A stretch of 64,000 nucleotides of DNA from Eledone cirrhosa (Eukaryota): positions 325,686,001 to 325,750,000 of the forward strand of contig OZ024743.1 in the NCBI GenBank assembly GCA_964016885.1, given 5' to 3'. Positions 62,501 to 64,000 of the stretch are shown in pieces. The position numbers and the translations under genes were made by a program. The notes under the pieces were generated by a model. The model was not told the DNA's origin. It saw only the letters and a program-made list of their open reading frames with translations, and searched no databases. Numbering within the stretch: position 1 is the first letter of the stretch; each line of letters opens with the position of its first letter.

Positions 62501-64000
62501 TAGTATTGGTGTCAGATAAAATACACTCAGTACACTGGTAGTATTGGTGTCAGATAAAATACACTCAGTACACTGGTAGTATTGGTGTCAGATAAAATAC
62601 ACTCAGTACACTGGTAGTATTGGTGTCAGATAAAATACACTCAGTACACTGGTAGTGTTGGTGTCAGATAAAATACACTCAGTATACTGGTAGTGTTGGT
62701 GTCAGATAAAATACACTCAGTACACTGGTAGTGTTGGTGTCAGATAAAATACACTCAGTACACTGGTAGTATTGGTGTCAGATAAAATACACTCAGTACA
62801 CTGGTAGTATTGGTGTCAGATAAAATACACTCAGTACACTGGTAGTGTTGGTGTCAGATAAAATACACTCAGTACACTGGTAGTGTTGGTGCCAGATAAA
62901 ATACACTCAGTACACTGGTAGTATTGGTGTCAGATAAAATACACTCAGTACACTGGTAGTGTTGGTGTCAGATAAAATACACTCAGTACACTGGTAGTGT
63001 TGGTGTCAGATAAAATACACTCAGTACACTGGTGGTGTTGGTGTCAGATAAAATACACTCAGTACACTGGTAGTATTGGTATCAGATAAAATACACTCAG
63101 TACACTGGTAGTATTGGTGTCAGATAAAATACACTCAGTACACTGGTAGTGTTGGTGTCAGATAAAATACACTCAGTACACTGGTAGTATTGGTGTCAGA
63201 TAAAATACACTCAGTACACTGGTAGTATTGGTGTCAGATAAAATACACTCAGTACACTGGTAGTATTGGTGTCAGATAAAATACACTCAGTACACTGGTA
63301 GTGTTGGTGTCAGATAAAATACACTCAGTACACTGGTAGTATTGGTGTCAGATAAAATACACTCAGTACACTGGTAGTATTGGTGTCAGATAAAATACAC
63401 TCAGTACACTGGTAGTGTTGGTGTCAGATAAAATACACTCAGTACACTGGTAGTGTTGGTGCCAGATAAAATACACTCAGTACACTGGTAGTATTGGTGT
63501 CAGATAAAATACACTCAGTACACTGGTAGTGTTGGTGTCAGATAAAATACACTCAGTACACTGGTAGTGTTGGTGTCAGATAAAATACACTCAGTACACT
63601 GGTGGTGTTGGTGTCAGATAAAATACACTCAGTACACTGGTAGTATTGGTATCAGATAAAATACACTCAGTACACTGGTAGTGTTGGTGTCAGATAAAAT
63701 ACACTCAGTATACTGGTAGTGTTGGTGTCAGATAAAATACACTCAGTACACTGGTAGTATTGGTGTCAGATAAAATACACTCAGTACACTGGTAGTATTG
63801 GTGTCAGATAAAATACACTCAGTACACTGGTAGTGTTGGTGTCAGATAAAATACACCCAGTACACTGGTGGTGTTGGTGTCAGATAAAATACACTCAGTA
63901 CACTGGTAGTGTTGGTGTCAGATAAAATACACTCAGTACACTGGTAGTATTGGTGTCAGATAAAATACACTCAGTACACTGGTAGTGTTGGTGTCAGATA
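59550..64000. repeat. Homogeneous 38-bp tandem satellite (>115 copies, runs off the window) in a GALK2 intron
   Basis: Unit GTCAGATAAAATACACTCAGTACACTGGTAGT(G/A)TTGGT; no spacers. Confidence 0.97.

Noticed and set aside
59550-64000. CRISPR-like array
   Set aside because: Units are contiguous with no unique spacers, there are no cas genes, and the context is a eukaryotic intron.

Overview
AT-rich, repeat-dense animal genomic DNA, most likely an octopod cephalopod (inferred from the SINE/RTE complement). Two spliced host genes are transcribed divergently. ZGPAT (CCCH zinc finger, Tudor and G-patch domains; minus strand) has 10 coding exons reconstructed from ATG 38718 down to 7955, and its 3' exons were not found. 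GALK2 (plus strand) has 5 coding exons from ATG 49028 to 59256 and continues off-window. The introns carry a full-length CR1-type LINE, truncated CR1 and RTE copies, SINEs, piggyBac-type MITEs, a Helentron/HINE-like element, a non-autonomous LTR element and a 38-bp satellite. The most striking signal is about a dozen hammerhead-ribozyme motifs, mostly in the 10-kb ZGPAT-GALK2 intergenic region. They sit in long palindromes, in a Penelope-like (Naiad-type) remnant, and in a family of ~430-470-nt non-coding, circularly permuted, highly structured elements that also carry an ATGCAAAT octamer (retrozyme- or newt satellite-2-like). The intact CR1 has an AUG-less ORF2 in the -1 frame behind a G_GGA_AAC slippery heptamer at the ORF1 stop. 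All alignments and folds were done by eye.
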